Assembly: GCA_902604605.1 (NCBI GenBank)
Contig: CACKZI010000001.1
Location: 42,863 to 106,862, forward strand
From: an uncultured Pelagibacteraceae bacterium
GTDB lineage: Bacteria; Pseudomonadota; Alphaproteobacteria; Pelagibacterales; Pelagibacteraceae
Direction: 5' to 3'
DNA: 64,000 nucleotides
Shown here: one piece after another, positions 18,963 through 29,390 of the stretch
Position numbering within the stretch: the stretch's first letter is position 1
How the letters are laid out: each line of letters opens with the position of its first letter
Program-made: the position numbers and the translations under genes
The notes under the pieces: model-generated
Seen by the model: the letters and a program-made list of their open reading frames with translations, nothing else
Databases searched by the model: none
Told to the model about the DNA's origin: nothing

Positions 18963-19769
18963 ATGTATTTTCAGAAAAATAAAATTAATGAAATAAAAGA
19001 TTTTTATAGAAGCAATGGCTATGTTGTTATTAAAGGCTTTTTTAATAAGAAATATATAACTGGAATAAAAAAGGAGATATTAAATAAAGTTGATACTTTT
19101 GAAGATGTATTTGTTTATTACGAACTTATAAGAAAAAATAAAAAACGTTATAGAAGAATAGAAAAAATCTCTAATCATCTTAATAAAGCAAATAATTTAG
19201 TTTGCTCAAAAAAAATATTAGATTTAATCAAAAAAGTTACGAACCAAAATCAAGTTTTATTTAAGGATAAACTAAATTTTAAATATCCCGGGGGCAAAGG
19301 TTACAAACCTCATATTGATGGCCATTTCTATTGGAGAGACAGGTCTAATAAAGTTAAAAAAGGCTGGTCTGTTTATTCAAATAATTTTACAAATGTAGTA
19401 ATACCCCTAGAAAAATCTGATAAAAATAATGGGTGTTTATACCTTGCTAATAAGAGAGATATTAGAAATTTGGGGAATAACTGGGAAAAAATAACAAGTA
19501 AGTTAGATAGTTTTACACCAAATATTAAAAGGAAATATCTCGATAAATTTAAATTTAGTCCTGCAATTTTAAATAGTGGTGACATACTTTTATTTGATTG
19601 GCACTGTGCACATAAATCAGCAAAAAATTTGTCAAAAAACTCAAGGATGATATTTTATGCAACTTATTGCAATAAATTAAAAAAGATTAAAAAAGTTAGA
19701 GATAAATATTACTTTGATAAAATGTATAGTAAAAATAACAGTTTAATAAAATCATTACAATTTAATTAG
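18963..19769 (+). CDS. PhyH-family Fe(II)/2-oxoglutarate dioxygenase
   Basis: GYVVI, LFKDKLNFKYPGG, HxD (PHID), NGCL, GDILLF...HKS..N.S...R. Confidence 0.85.
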   Translation: MYFQKNKINEIKDFYRSNGYVVIKGFFNKKYITGIKKEILNKVDTFEDVFVYYELIRKNKKRYRRIEKISNHLNKANNLVCSKKILDLIKKVTNQNQVLFKDKLNFKYPGGKGYKPHIDGHFYWRDRSNKVKKGWSVYSNNFTNVVIPLEKSDKNNGCLYLANKRDIRNLGNNWEKITSKLDSFTPNIKRKYLDKFKFSPAILNSGDILLFDWHCAHKSAKNLSKNSRMIFYATYCNKLKKIKKVRDKYYFDKMYSKNNSLIKSLQFN

Positions 19770-21271
19770 GTCTGTTTAATTAAAGATTTTTCATTAGCAT
19801 TTTTTCCATATTTAAAGGCAAATCTAGAAGGGTCATTTTTCTTTAAAATTAAATTACCTCTAACATTTGCCTCATTAACAAATTTTTCAAATTCTTCTGG
19901 ACTTTTAAAACCATCTACCGAAACAAGTGATGATCTAAACATTAAATCTTTCATATTCCTACCTTCCCACCATAAATTCTCTTTAACTACTTTTCTATAA
20001 ATTGGTGTTCCTGGTAATGGGCTCAATATCGCGAAAGAAAAACTATCAGCTCCGGAGCTTAGCGCAAATTCTATTGTTTGATTAATCTCCTCAAATGTTT
20101 CTCCAGGATAGCCTAATATCCAAAAAGTGTGTACTAGCAGGCCGGCTTTTTTTGCATTTTCTATGGCAGGTTTAATTTGATCAACTCTTAATCTTTTATT
20201 AATGATATTATCAAGAACTCTTTGAACACCACTCTCACAAGCCAGGGTAACCTGATAACATCCAGACTCATACATCGCCTTAAACATATCAGGTTGATTA
20301 GCCAAATGATAATTTGTTTTAATTCCATTTGGGGTACACCATGGTAGTCCAATTTTTTCTAATCCATTACACAAATCTATTAAATTCTTTTTATTTGCAG
20401 TTATAGTATCGTCTTCAAATTGAATTTCTCCGATATTAAATTCTTTAACCCCATTTTTAATTTCTAACATTATATCGTCCATTTTTCTCCACCTTACTTT
20501 TGTGCCCCACATTTGAGGCGTTGTACAAAAAGTGCATTTTTCAGGACAACCTCTAGAACACATTATGTTTAAGACTCTATTTGATCTTGATTTAGCAGAA
20601 TGAAAAGCACCAATGTCAAAATAACCTTCCATATTTACTAAATGTCTAGCAGGGATTGGTAAATTATCTAAATTGGTTAATCTGAAAGATGGATTATTTA
20701 AATATTTTCCTTTTGAGGTTTGTTTTAATAAACCTGGAATTTTTGAAATATCTTGATTGTTTTTTAATTTATTTACTAATTCTACAACTGTAAAATCACC
20801 CTCACCAACCATTGCAAAATCAATATTTTTATCTTCAAGATCTTTTATAAGAGGTATATCATCTCCTGGATGAACAATATTATGTTGAAAATCAATTAAT
20901 GAATTGGAAATATGATTACCCCCAATAAAAACCCATATTTTTTTATCTATTTTTTTTACTATTCTAGCTATTGTGTGAGCTGATTGATTTAAATTCGAAA
21001 ATAATATTGAAATTCCAACTACATCTGGATTAAATTCTCTAATAACTTTTTCAATTTCTTCGTCCGATTGACCAATCATTATTTTATTGTTGTCTATATC
21101 TTGTTTATTGTGCCAACCTTCTAAAGCAGTATCGTGAATTTTTACTATGTGATTATTGTTTAAAAGACTTTGAGCAATCGTCATCAAACCTAATGAAGGT
21201 TGAATTCTATTTAAACCATCTTTTATACCTTTAAGATTTGGTGTTATTAAAAGTACTCTAGCTTTATTCAT
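19766..21271 (-). CDS. Cobalamin-dependent (class B) radical SAM enzyme
   Basis: N-terminal B12-binding domain (PSLGL, PDVVGIS, GGNH, GEG), SRGCPEKCTFC, GYPGET, PLPGT. Confidence 0.9.
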   Translation of the reverse strand: MNKARVLLITPNLKGIKDGLNRIQPSLGLMTIAQSLLNNNHIVKIHDTALEGWHNKQDIDNNKIMIGQSDEEIEKVIREFNPDVVGISILFSNLNQSAHTIARIVKKIDKKIWVFIGGNHISNSLIDFQHNIVHPGDDIPLIKDLEDKNIDFAMVGEGDFTVVELVNKLKNNQDISKIPGLLKQTSKGKYLNNPSFRLTNLDNLPIPARHLVNMEGYFDIGAFHSAKSRSNRVLNIMCSRGCPEKCTFCTTPQMWGTKVRWRKMDDIMLEIKNGVKEFNIGEIQFEDDTITANKKNLIDLCNGLEKIGLPWCTPNGIKTNYHLANQPDMFKAMYESGCYQVTLACESGVQRVLDNIINKRLRVDQIKPAIENAKKAGLLVHTFWILGYPGETFEEINQTIEFALSSGADSFSFAILSPLPGTPIYRKVVKENLWWEGRNMKDLMFRSSLVSVDGFKSPEEFEKFVNEANVRGNLILKKNDPSRFAFKYGKNANEKSLIKQT

Positions 21272-21360
21272 AAATTAATGTTTCAAAACTCTTAACACAA
21301 TTTTATAAAAAATCCATTTTAATAAACTCAAATATAAGAAATCTGTAAAATTTCATGATT

Positions 21361-22566
21361 TTATATATGTTCATAATATTTAAATGGATCTAATATATTC
21401 ACATTTTTTTTATTCTTAATTTTCATGAATAATTTTTTAAACATTTTCCCCTCTGATAAAAAAATAACTAATTCTAATGAATCTAGAAAATTTGTCTTAA
21501 ATTCTTTATTTTTAGATACAAAAGGGTCATAAAATTTTGTTTTAGGAAATCTTTTTTTTATTTCATTAAAAATTTCTAGATTTAAAGAATTTCTTAGATC
21601 TGAAACACCATATTTATAGCTCAAGCCAACTACTAAGATTGACTTATTTTTCATAGTTAATTTATTGTCTACAAATGTATTAAATTTTTTTATTACATAC
21701 TTTTTCATAGAATTGTTTACAGATCTCCCAGCTAAAGCAACTTCCATTTTATAATTTTTTTTACTAGCAATGTGGGAAAGATAATATGGATCAACTGGCA
21801 AACAATGACCACCAACCAGCCCTGGTTTAAATTTAATAAAATTCCATTTTGTTGAAGCTAACCTAATAACTTCATTGAAGTTTAGTTTCATTTTATCTGA
21901 TAAAATTAAAAGTTCATTAAAAAGAGCTATATTTAAATCTCTTTGAGTATTCTCAATAGCTTTTGCAGTCTCAGCTTCGGGGATATATTTTGAAAAGATA
22001 ATATTTTTTGAAATTAATTTATAGACAGATCTTATTTTCTTTAAAATATCTTTATTAGATGAATTAGTTGCAAATATTTTGTCAATTCTTGACAACTTTT
22101 TAGATTTATCCCCTGGATTTATTCTCTCAGGACTATAACAAGTAAAAAAGTCAAAATTGTTTTGTAGGCCTGACAATTTAGATAATTTATCTGAAAAAAT
22201 TTTTGTAAGCCCTGGGTAAACAGTGGACTCCAATACTATAATATCCTTCTTTTTAATTTTTTTTGCCAATATTTTTAAACTACTCATTAAAGGATTTAAA
22301 TTAGGAATTTTTTTTTTGTCTACAGGAGTTGGCAAACATATAATGTAAAAGTTACAATCTTTAATCTCTCCTCTTTTAAATGTAAAATTTATCTTTTTCT
22401 TTAAAAAATCTTTTTTTGAGAACTCACCATTTGAATCATGATTTTTTTTTAAATTTTCAATTCTTTTTTTGTTAGTGTCAAAACCTATTATATTAAATTT
22501 ACCTGACAAACTTAAAGCTACAGGTAAGCCAACATATCCCAATCCAATAACACAAATTTTGATCAC
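21361..22566 (-). CDS. UDP-N-acetylhexosamine/UDP-glucose 6-dehydrogenase (WecC/TviB/WbpO group)
   Basis: GLGYVGLP, ESTVYPG, SPERINPG, GGHCLPVDP. Confidence 0.88.
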   Translation of the reverse strand: MIKICVIGLGYVGLPVALSLSGKFNIIGFDTNKKRIENLKKNHDSNGEFSKKDFLKKKINFTFKRGEIKDCNFYIICLPTPVDKKKIPNLNPLMSSLKILAKKIKKKDIIVLESTVYPGLTKIFSDKLSKLSGLQNNFDFFTCYSPERINPGDKSKKLSRIDKIFATNSSNKDILKKIRSVYKLISKNIIFSKYIPEAETAKAIENTQRDLNIALFNELLILSDKMKLNFNEVIRLASTKWNFIKFKPGLVGGHCLPVDPYYLSHIASKKNYKMEVALAGRSVNNSMKKYVIKKFNTFVDNKLTMKNKSILVVGLSYKYGVSDLRNSLNLEIFNEIKKRFPKTKFYDPFVSKNKEFKTNFLDSLELVIFLSEGKMFKKLFMKIKNKKNVNILDPFKYYEHI

Positions 22567-22608
22567 AAAATACTTATACTTTCTTTTATTCTAATTGATA
22601 TAAAATAA

Positions 22609-23307
22609 TTAATTCTTAAAAAAAAGTCTTGAGACATTTAATAATGTACGAAAAATTTCTATCTTTGGTATTTTAGATTTACCTTGCTTTCTTTTAGCAA
22701 AAATTATTGGAATTTCAAATATCCTAAAATTATTTTTTTCAATTTGAAAAACAGTTTCCATAAAGAAACTATAACCCTTTGAATTAATTAGATTTAAATT
22801 AAAATTTTTTAGTTTATTTAAATTAAAAGCTCTGTATGAAGTTGTGAATTCTGAAGATTTTAATTTTAAAATTCTTTTAATAAACTTGTTTCCAAAATAA
22901 CTTAGCAAAAATCTATGCATAGTTAACTCATTTTTTCCACCACTCATATATCTAGAACCTAATACAACATCATTATTTGTGATATTTTTTAAAAAATTCG
23001 GTATTTCAGAAGGATCATGAGAAAAGTCAGCATCCATAGTTATAAGATAATTGTATTCATTTTTAAGAGCATAATTATATGCAAATTTATGAGCAGTATC
23101 TAAACCATATTTTCTATCTCTAATAATAACTTTGAGATTATCATTTTTTTCCTCTAAATCTTTCAATAACTTACCAGTTCCATCAGGACTATTATCATCA
23201 ATAATGAGAATATCTGCTAGACGACAATTTTTTTTAATTCCATCTATTAACATTGAAATATTATCAATTTCATTAAAAGTAGCTGTGAAAATAAGAATTT
23301 TTTCCAT
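22609..23307 (-). CDS. Polyprenol-phosphate mannosyltransferase-like GT2 (DPM1 family)
   Basis: TFNE, DDNSPDGT, MDADFSHDP, GSRY, GYSF, G.SK. Confidence 0.88.
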   Translation of the reverse strand: MEKILIFTATFNEIDNISMLIDGIKKNCRLADILIIDDNSPDGTGKLLKDLEEKNDNLKVIIRDRKYGLDTAHKFAYNYALKNEYNYLITMDADFSHDPSEIPNFLKNITNNDVVLGSRYMSGGKNELTMHRFLLSYFGNKFIKRILKLKSSEFTTSYRAFNLNKLKNFNLNLINSKGYSFFMETVFQIEKNNFRIFEIPIIFAKRKQGKSKIPKIEIFRTLLNVSRLFFKN

Positions 23308-23467
23308 TCGAGCAATGTATATAATTTTATAAAAATTTAAATGATATTTTTTTATTCAGAAAAGTTTTTACATAAAATTAAAATTATTTCTTTGAATAAA
23401 GAAAATCAAATTTTTTATCATTAATTTAGATGTTTTTATTTTAGATTTTATTGGTATAAGTTACGCA

Positions 23468-24433
23468 ATGAAAATTTTAATTACTGGTGTTGCGGGATTT
23501 ATAGGTTTTAGTTTTGCGAAATACCTTCTTAAAAATTCAAAATATCAGATTATTGGGATAGATAATTTGAACGATTATTATTCAGTTAAAATAAAGAAAG
23601 AGAGATTAAAAAATCTATCAAATTTTAAAAAGTTCAAATTTTTTAAAGTCGATCTAAACAACAAAAATCAAATTAATAAAATATTTTTAAAAAAAATCGA
23701 TATTGTTTACCATTTTGCAGCTCAAGCAGGTGTGAGATATTCTTTAGAAAATCCAAGAGCTTATATTGATAGTAATATTGTTGGTTTTTTTAATATTATT
23801 GAAAATGTAAAAAATCATAAAATTAAAAAATTTTTTTATGCATCTTCAAGTTCAGTTTATGGAGATAGTAAAAAATTTCCTTTGAAGGAAACTGACAAAA
23901 TAAACCCAAGAAATATTTATGGATTGACAAAAAAAAATAATGAGGAAACAGTTGAAATATTTTTTAAAGATCTAAAAACTGATTGTGTTGGGTTGAGATT
24001 CTTTACAGTTTTTGGAGAGTGGGGAAGACCAGATATGCTTATATTCCAATATCTAAGTTCAATATTTAATTCAAAAAAAATTTTTTATTTAAATAATTAT
24101 GGAAATCACACGAGAGATTTTACTTATATTAAAGATGTTTGTGATGTTTTATATAAACTTTTGAACAAAAGATTAATTAAGCGGCATGAGATATTTAATA
24201 TCTGCTCAAACAAACCAATTAAAATCACATCAGTTTTAAAATACATTGACGGAAATTTTTCAAAAAAACCAAAAATTAAAAAAAGAAAGTTCCAATTAGC
24301 AGATGTAAAAAAAACTCATGGAGAAAATAAAAAAATCAACAATTATATTAATAAAAATAAATTTATAGATGTTATAAGAGCTATAGATAATACTTGTGAC
24401 TGGTATAAAGCAAACTGGAAAATATATAACTAG
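23468..24433 (+). CDS. NAD-dependent UDP-uronate 4-epimerase-like protein
   Basis: TGVAGFIG, DNLNDYY, AAQAGVRYS, YGLTK, RFFTVFGEWGRPDM. Confidence 0.88.
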   Translation: MKILITGVAGFIGFSFAKYLLKNSKYQIIGIDNLNDYYSVKIKKERLKNLSNFKKFKFFKVDLNNKNQINKIFLKKIDIVYHFAAQAGVRYSLENPRAYIDSNIVGFFNIIENVKNHKIKKFFYASSSSVYGDSKKFPLKETDKINPRNIYGLTKKNNEETVEIFFKDLKTDCVGLRFFTVFGEWGRPDMLIFQYLSSIFNSKKIFYLNNYGNHTRDFTYIKDVCDVLYKLLNKRLIKRHEIFNICSNKPIKITSVLKYIDGNFSKKPKIKKRKFQLADVKKTHGENKKINNYINKNKFIDVIRAIDNTCDWYKANWKIYN

Positions 24434-25524
24434 ATTTTTTTAAAGAGTTTTTTATAATTATTTAAATTTTCCTTTTCACTGAATTTATTAAGATGTTTAA
24501 GTAATTTTTTTTTATTTATTTTAAAATTCATTTTATGTTCTGTTATTTTATCTAATATCATTTTTAAACCCTCAATATTTTTATAGATTAAACCAAATTC
24601 ATTTTTTGGTAATATATCATTTATTCCACCGTGACTTTGAGATGCAATCACTGGTACTCCAACGCTCAAAGCTTCTACAACAGTATTCGGAAAACCTTCA
24701 AAGTCTGAGTTATTTATAAAATAGTCAAAATTTTTCATATAAAAAATTATTTTATTTGGGTGACGTTCACCGAGAAATCTAATTCTTCTGTTTAAATTTA
24801 ATTTGTTTACTAATTTTTTGAGATTTTCCTTTTCTAAACCATCACCAATAATTTCAAAATTAATTTTTTCGTTTAATTCTGGGACTAAATTGATCAATCC
24901 ATCAATGTTTTTTTCTCTACTTAATCTACTAACAATACCAATAAATATTTTCTTTTTATTTTTGCTATTTCTTTTTGGAAAAATTTTTAATTTATTAAAT
25001 GAAGGAGGATTTATTGTTTTAAATCTTAAATTATAAAGTCTGTTATATTTTTCTGAAATATATTTTGAATTTGAGACACATGCATCAGCTTTATGATAAC
25101 AAAATTTAATTAAGTTTTTTATAATCCATTTTTTAAAATAATCTCTAAAGTTATAATAAATTGATAGTTCTTGAAAAGGTGTTCTTTCTACAAGAATAAT
25201 CTTAATTTTAAGTGATTTTAAAAAAAGGATGGATAGAACATTGGAAAAATGAATATTAGAAACGAAAATATTCTTATGATTTTTTTTAATCAAATTTTTA
25301 ACAATATTTTTAACTTTAAACATTCCAAAGAAAGTTTTTCTAGATTGTATTTCATAAACTTTAATACCAAGCTTATTAAGCTTAGATTTATAAAAACATT
25401 TTTTTAAACAAATAACTGTGACTATAAATTCATTTTTTGGTAAATTTTTGCATAATCTAAACACTGAATTACCAGCACCGCCCAAATTAAATTCAGAAAG
25501 AAAAATAATTAAATTTATTTTCAT
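24430..25524 (-). CDS. Glycosyltransferase family 4 (GT-B)
   Basis: GGAG, SRLSREK, EGFPNTVVEA. Confidence 0.88.
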   Translation of the reverse strand: MKINLIIFLSEFNLGGAGNSVFRLCKNLPKNEFIVTVICLKKCFYKSKLNKLGIKVYEIQSRKTFFGMFKVKNIVKNLIKKNHKNIFVSNIHFSNVLSILFLKSLKIKIILVERTPFQELSIYYNFRDYFKKWIIKNLIKFCYHKADACVSNSKYISEKYNRLYNLRFKTINPPSFNKLKIFPKRNSKNKKKIFIGIVSRLSREKNIDGLINLVPELNEKINFEIIGDGLEKENLKKLVNKLNLNRRIRFLGERHPNKIIFYMKNFDYFINNSDFEGFPNTVVEALSVGVPVIASQSHGGINDILPKNEFGLIYKNIEGLKMILDKITEHKMNFKINKKKLLKHLNKFSEKENLNNYKKLFKKI

Positions 25525-25593
25525 AATTTATAATGTTAGTTACTTATATTTTGATTTAAATAAATATAAATAAATTTTAAAAGTAAACAATTA

Positions 25594-26552
25594 ATGAAAA
25601 CTAAAACTGCTTTGATATTGGGTATATCAGGTCAAGATGGCTCATATTTGGCAGATTTTTTATTAAAAAAAAAATATAGAGTATTTGGTGTAACGCGAGA
25701 TAATTCAAAAAGGAACTTAAAAAGATTAATAAAGTTAGAAATTTTAAAAAAAATAAATTTTTTCAAGAAAGAGGATATAAGCTTTACTTTTATTAAAAAG
25801 ATTTATAGAAAAATCGGAATTTTAGATGAAATTTATTTCCTCTCAGGTGAAACTTCACCTATAAAATCAATCGATAATCCTATTCAAACATTTGATAGTA
25901 ACGTTAAAAATTTAGTTACTATTTTAGAATTTATTAGATTAAAAAAAAGAAAACCAAAATATTTTATGCCTCATCATCAGAAATATTTGAAAACTCTAAA
26001 AAAAATATTTTTAACGAAAATTCAAAAATCGGGCCCAGAACTCCATATGGCATTTCAAAAGCTGCAGGTTTGTGGTTGATAAAATTTTATAGAAATTATC
26101 ATAATGTTTTTTGCTCATGTGGAATTTTGTTCAATCATGAGTCACCTTTGAGATCAAATAAATTTGTTTTTAAAAAAATTATTGAGGAAAGTAAAAAGAT
26201 TAAACAAAAAAAAGGCAGTCTTTCTTTAGGCGACATTTCAGTTAAACGAGATATAGGTTGGGCTCCAGATTATGTACAAGCAATGTGGAAGATGCTCCAA
26301 TTAAAAAAATCGATAGATTTAGTTATTGGATCAGGTAAAGCCTATAGTATCAAGGAATTTTTGAACTTCACAATAAAAAGTTTAGAACTTGATAAAAATA
26401 AAATATTAATTAATAAAAAGAAATTAATCAGAAAAGCTGATATTAAAGAATACAAATCTAACCCATCATTGGCAAAAAAAAAATTAAGTTGGAAAAATAG
26501 TTTAGGCATTAAGGAAATAGTTAATAAAATGATTAATAATGAGTATTATTAA
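25594..26552 (+). pseudogene. GDP-mannose 4,6-dehydratase-like gene split by a 1-nt frameshift at the A8 tract 25941-25948
   Basis: First frame has GISGQDGSYLA. Adding one A gives KTKIFYASSSEIF...PYGISK, continuing into LFNHESP and RDIGWAPDYV. Confidence 0.85.
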
Positions 26553-26576
26553 AAAAAGTAATAAAATTTCAAATTC

Positions 26577-27536
26577 ATGAAAAAAGAATTAAGGATATTC
26601 ATAGCAGGACACAATGGAATGGTTGGAAAATCATTAGTCAATTATTTTACCAAAAAAAAGTTTGGAAAACTTATTTTAGTTTCTAGAAAAGAACTTAATT
26701 TAGAAAATTTTGCAAAAGTAAATCAGTTTGTCAAAAAAAAGAAACCTCACGTTATAATTAATTGTGCAGGAAGAGTTGGTGGAATTTTAGCTAATTCAGA
26801 ATTTCCTACAGAGTTTTTAAATGAAAATATTCAAATACAAACAAATTTAATTAAAAGTGCATTTAATTTTAACATTAAACATTTAATTAACTTAGGAAGT
26901 TCATGTATTTATCCGAAAAATTCAAAGCAACCAATTAAAGAAGAATATCTTTTAACTGATAGTTTAGAAAAAACAAATGAGGCATATGCTTTGGCAAAAA
27001 TAGTAGGTGTAAAATTATGTGAGTATTATAACAAACAGTTTGGCAAAAATTTTTTTACATTGATGCCTTGTAATCTTTATGGTCCAAATGATAATTTTGA
27101 ATTAAGGGGAAGTCATTTTGTACCTGCTCTTATTAATAAAATTATCAATGCAAAAAAATATAATAAATCTAAAACTGAAATTTGGGGGACTGGAAATCCT
27201 AAAAGAGAAGTAATGTATGTTGATGATTTAGCAAGAGCGATATACTTTTTGGTCAGAGAAAAAATTAAAAATAATAAAAAATTATTAAATATAGTGAAGA
27301 AAAATCCATTGATAAATGTGGGTAGCGGTAATGAGTACACAATTAAAGAAGTTGCTTTAAAAATATGCAAAATTGCAAATGTAAATACGAAATTAGTTTT
27401 TAACAAAAATTATCCAGATGGCACTAAAAGGAAAGTTGTTGATAACCGTATAATTAAAAATTTGGGCTGGTCTTCAAAAATATCATTAGATCAAGGTCTT
27501 TTAAAAACAATTAATTGGTATAAGAATAATAATTAA
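26577..27536 (+). CDS. fcl: GDP-L-fucose synthase
   Basis: GHNGMVG, VGGILAN, LGSSCIYP, YALAK, PCNLYGPNDNF, WGTG. Confidence 0.93.
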   Translation: MKKELRIFIAGHNGMVGKSLVNYFTKKKFGKLILVSRKELNLENFAKVNQFVKKKKPHVIINCAGRVGGILANSEFPTEFLNENIQIQTNLIKSAFNFNIKHLINLGSSCIYPKNSKQPIKEEYLLTDSLEKTNEAYALAKIVGVKLCEYYNKQFGKNFFTLMPCNLYGPNDNFELRGSHFVPALINKIINAKKYNKSKTEIWGTGNPKREVMYVDDLARAIYFLVREKIKNNKKLLNIVKKNPLINVGSGNEYTIKEVALKICKIANVNTKLVFNKNYPDGTKRKVVDNRIIKNLGWSSKISLDQGLLKTINWYKNNN

Positions 27537-27543
27537 ATAAATT

Positions 27544-28650
27544 ATGAAAAATTATAATTCTTCCAAAGAGATTATAATTTTTATTCCTTCGATAGAATCT
27601 GGTGGTGTTGAAAAAAATTTTTTTATTTTATTAAAATTTTTATTAAAGTTTTATACAAAAATAAATTTAGTAACATCATCAAAAATCAAATTATCTAAAC
27701 ATCTTAAGAAAGTTAAAATAATTAAACCAAACTCAAAATTTTGGATAAATCAAAATCGACTGGTAAAAAGTATAGTATGCTTGTTTCTTCTAATTAAATT
27801 TTTTCCAAAAAATAAATTTTTATTATTTTCATTTCAATCGAATTTTTTTTCTATTATTGCATCTAAACTAATGGGTTGGCCAATAATTTTAAGATTAAAC
27901 ACATCACCTGAAAAATATGTAAATAATTTTTTTAAAATTATTTTGTTTAAAACATTATATAAATTGGGTGATGAAATCATAGTTAATAGTAAAGAGTTCA
28001 AAAATAATATTAAGAGAGTTTTAGGATTAAATTCAATCGTTATCTATAATCCTGTTTACAATAAAAGAATTAGAGAAAAAAAAATTGAAGTACTTAAAAA
28101 GTATAAGGGATTAAAAATACTTAATATTGGAAGATTAACAGATCAAAAAGATCATTTAACATTATTAAAATCGATAAAAGTTATATTAGATAAAAAAAAA
28201 ATTGATCTTAAACTATTTATTATAGGTGGAGGTCAAAATTTTGTGATGCTGAAAAATTATATTAATCAAAATCAGCTTCATAAAAATATTTTTTTATTGG
28301 GATACAAAAAAAATGCATTTGAGTATATGCGATCGTTTGATTTGTTTATTTTATCATCTCGCTATGAAGGATTACCTAATACTTTAATTGAAGCTCAAAT
28401 TTCAAAACTTCCAATAATTTCATCTGATTGTCCTTCGGGACCAAAAGAAATTCTCATGAACGGCAAATTAGGAACTTTATTTAAAACAGGTAATTATCAA
28501 GACCTTTCAAAAAAAATATTATTATTTTGTGAAAACAGAAAAAAATTTGAATTAAAAGCAGCAAAAGCAAAAAAATATTTAAGAAGATTTGATGAAAACA
28601 AAAATTTGACAAAATTTTTAATGATTATAAACAAATACATCAAAAATTGA
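27544..28650 (+). CDS. Glycosyltransferase family 4
   Basis: GGVE, GRLTDQK, EGLPNTLIEA, DCPSGPKE. Confidence 0.88.
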   Translation: MKNYNSSKEIIIFIPSIESGGVEKNFFILLKFLLKFYTKINLVTSSKIKLSKHLKKVKIIKPNSKFWINQNRLVKSIVCLFLLIKFFPKNKFLLFSFQSNFFSIIASKLMGWPIILRLNTSPEKYVNNFFKIILFKTLYKLGDEIIVNSKEFKNNIKRVLGLNSIVIYNPVYNKRIREKKIEVLKKYKGLKILNIGRLTDQKDHLTLLKSIKVILDKKKIDLKLFIIGGGQNFVMLKNYINQNQLHKNIFLLGYKKNAFEYMRSFDLFILSSRYEGLPNTLIEAQISKLPIISSDCPSGPKEILMNGKLGTLFKTGNYQDLSKKILLFCENRKKFELKAAKAKKYLRRFDENKNLTKFLMIINKYIKN

Positions 28651-29387
28651 GAGAAAATTTTAAAATTTCTGTAATAACTGTAACTAAAAATTCAGAGAAA
28701 TTTTTAGAGGAAAATTTAGATAGTTTAAAGAATCAAACTTATAGAAACTTTGAACATATTATAATTGATGGGAAATCATCAGATAAAACTGTTGAAATAA
28801 TTAAAAAGAATTCTGAGCAAATTTCATATTGGGTGAGTGAAGAGGATAATGGACTTTATGATGCTATGAACAAAGGAATTAAGATGGCAACTGGTGATAT
28901 CATTGGTATTTTAAATTCTGATGATATCTATTATCCTAAAGCTCTTTCGATTGTAAATAATTATTTTTCGATACATAGTGATATAGATTTTTTATTTGGT
29001 TCAGTAAATAAATATAAATTGATGCATGGTTTTTATCCTGAAAAAATAAAGTGGACTTTTGGTTTTTATACAACACATTCAATTGGTTTTTTTATAAAAA
29101 GACAGGCTCAACTTAATTTGGGTTTCTATGATACACAATATAAGTATTCTGCAGATTATGATTTATTTTACAGAATGATAGTTAAACAAGGCTTGAAAGG
29201 TATTTCGACAAAAAAAAATGAAATTTTAGGAAAATTTAGACAAGGAGGTTTATCATCAAAGATAAAGTATTTAGATTTTTTAAAAGAAAATAATAAAATT
29301 AGAATAAATAATGGACAAAATAAGTTATTTGTTTACACAATTTTTTTGTTAAGAATTATTAGAAACTTTAATAGATTGATTAAATAA
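28647..29387 (+). CDS. Glycosyltransferase family 2 (WcaE-like)
   Basis: IDGKSSD, GLYDAMNKG, LNSDD, ADYD; TTG start overlaps the previous stop. Confidence 0.88.
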   Translation: MRENFKISVITVTKNSEKFLEENLDSLKNQTYRNFEHIIIDGKSSDKTVEIIKKNSEQISYWVSEEDNGLYDAMNKGIKMATGDIIGILNSDDIYYPKALSIVNNYFSIHSDIDFLFGSVNKYKLMHGFYPEKIKWTFGFYTTHSIGFFIKRQAQLNLGFYDTQYKYSADYDLFYRMIVKQGLKGISTKKNEILGKFRQGGLSSKIKYLDFLKENNKIRINNGQNKLFVYTIFLLRIIRNFNRLIK

Positions 29388-29390
29388 ACT

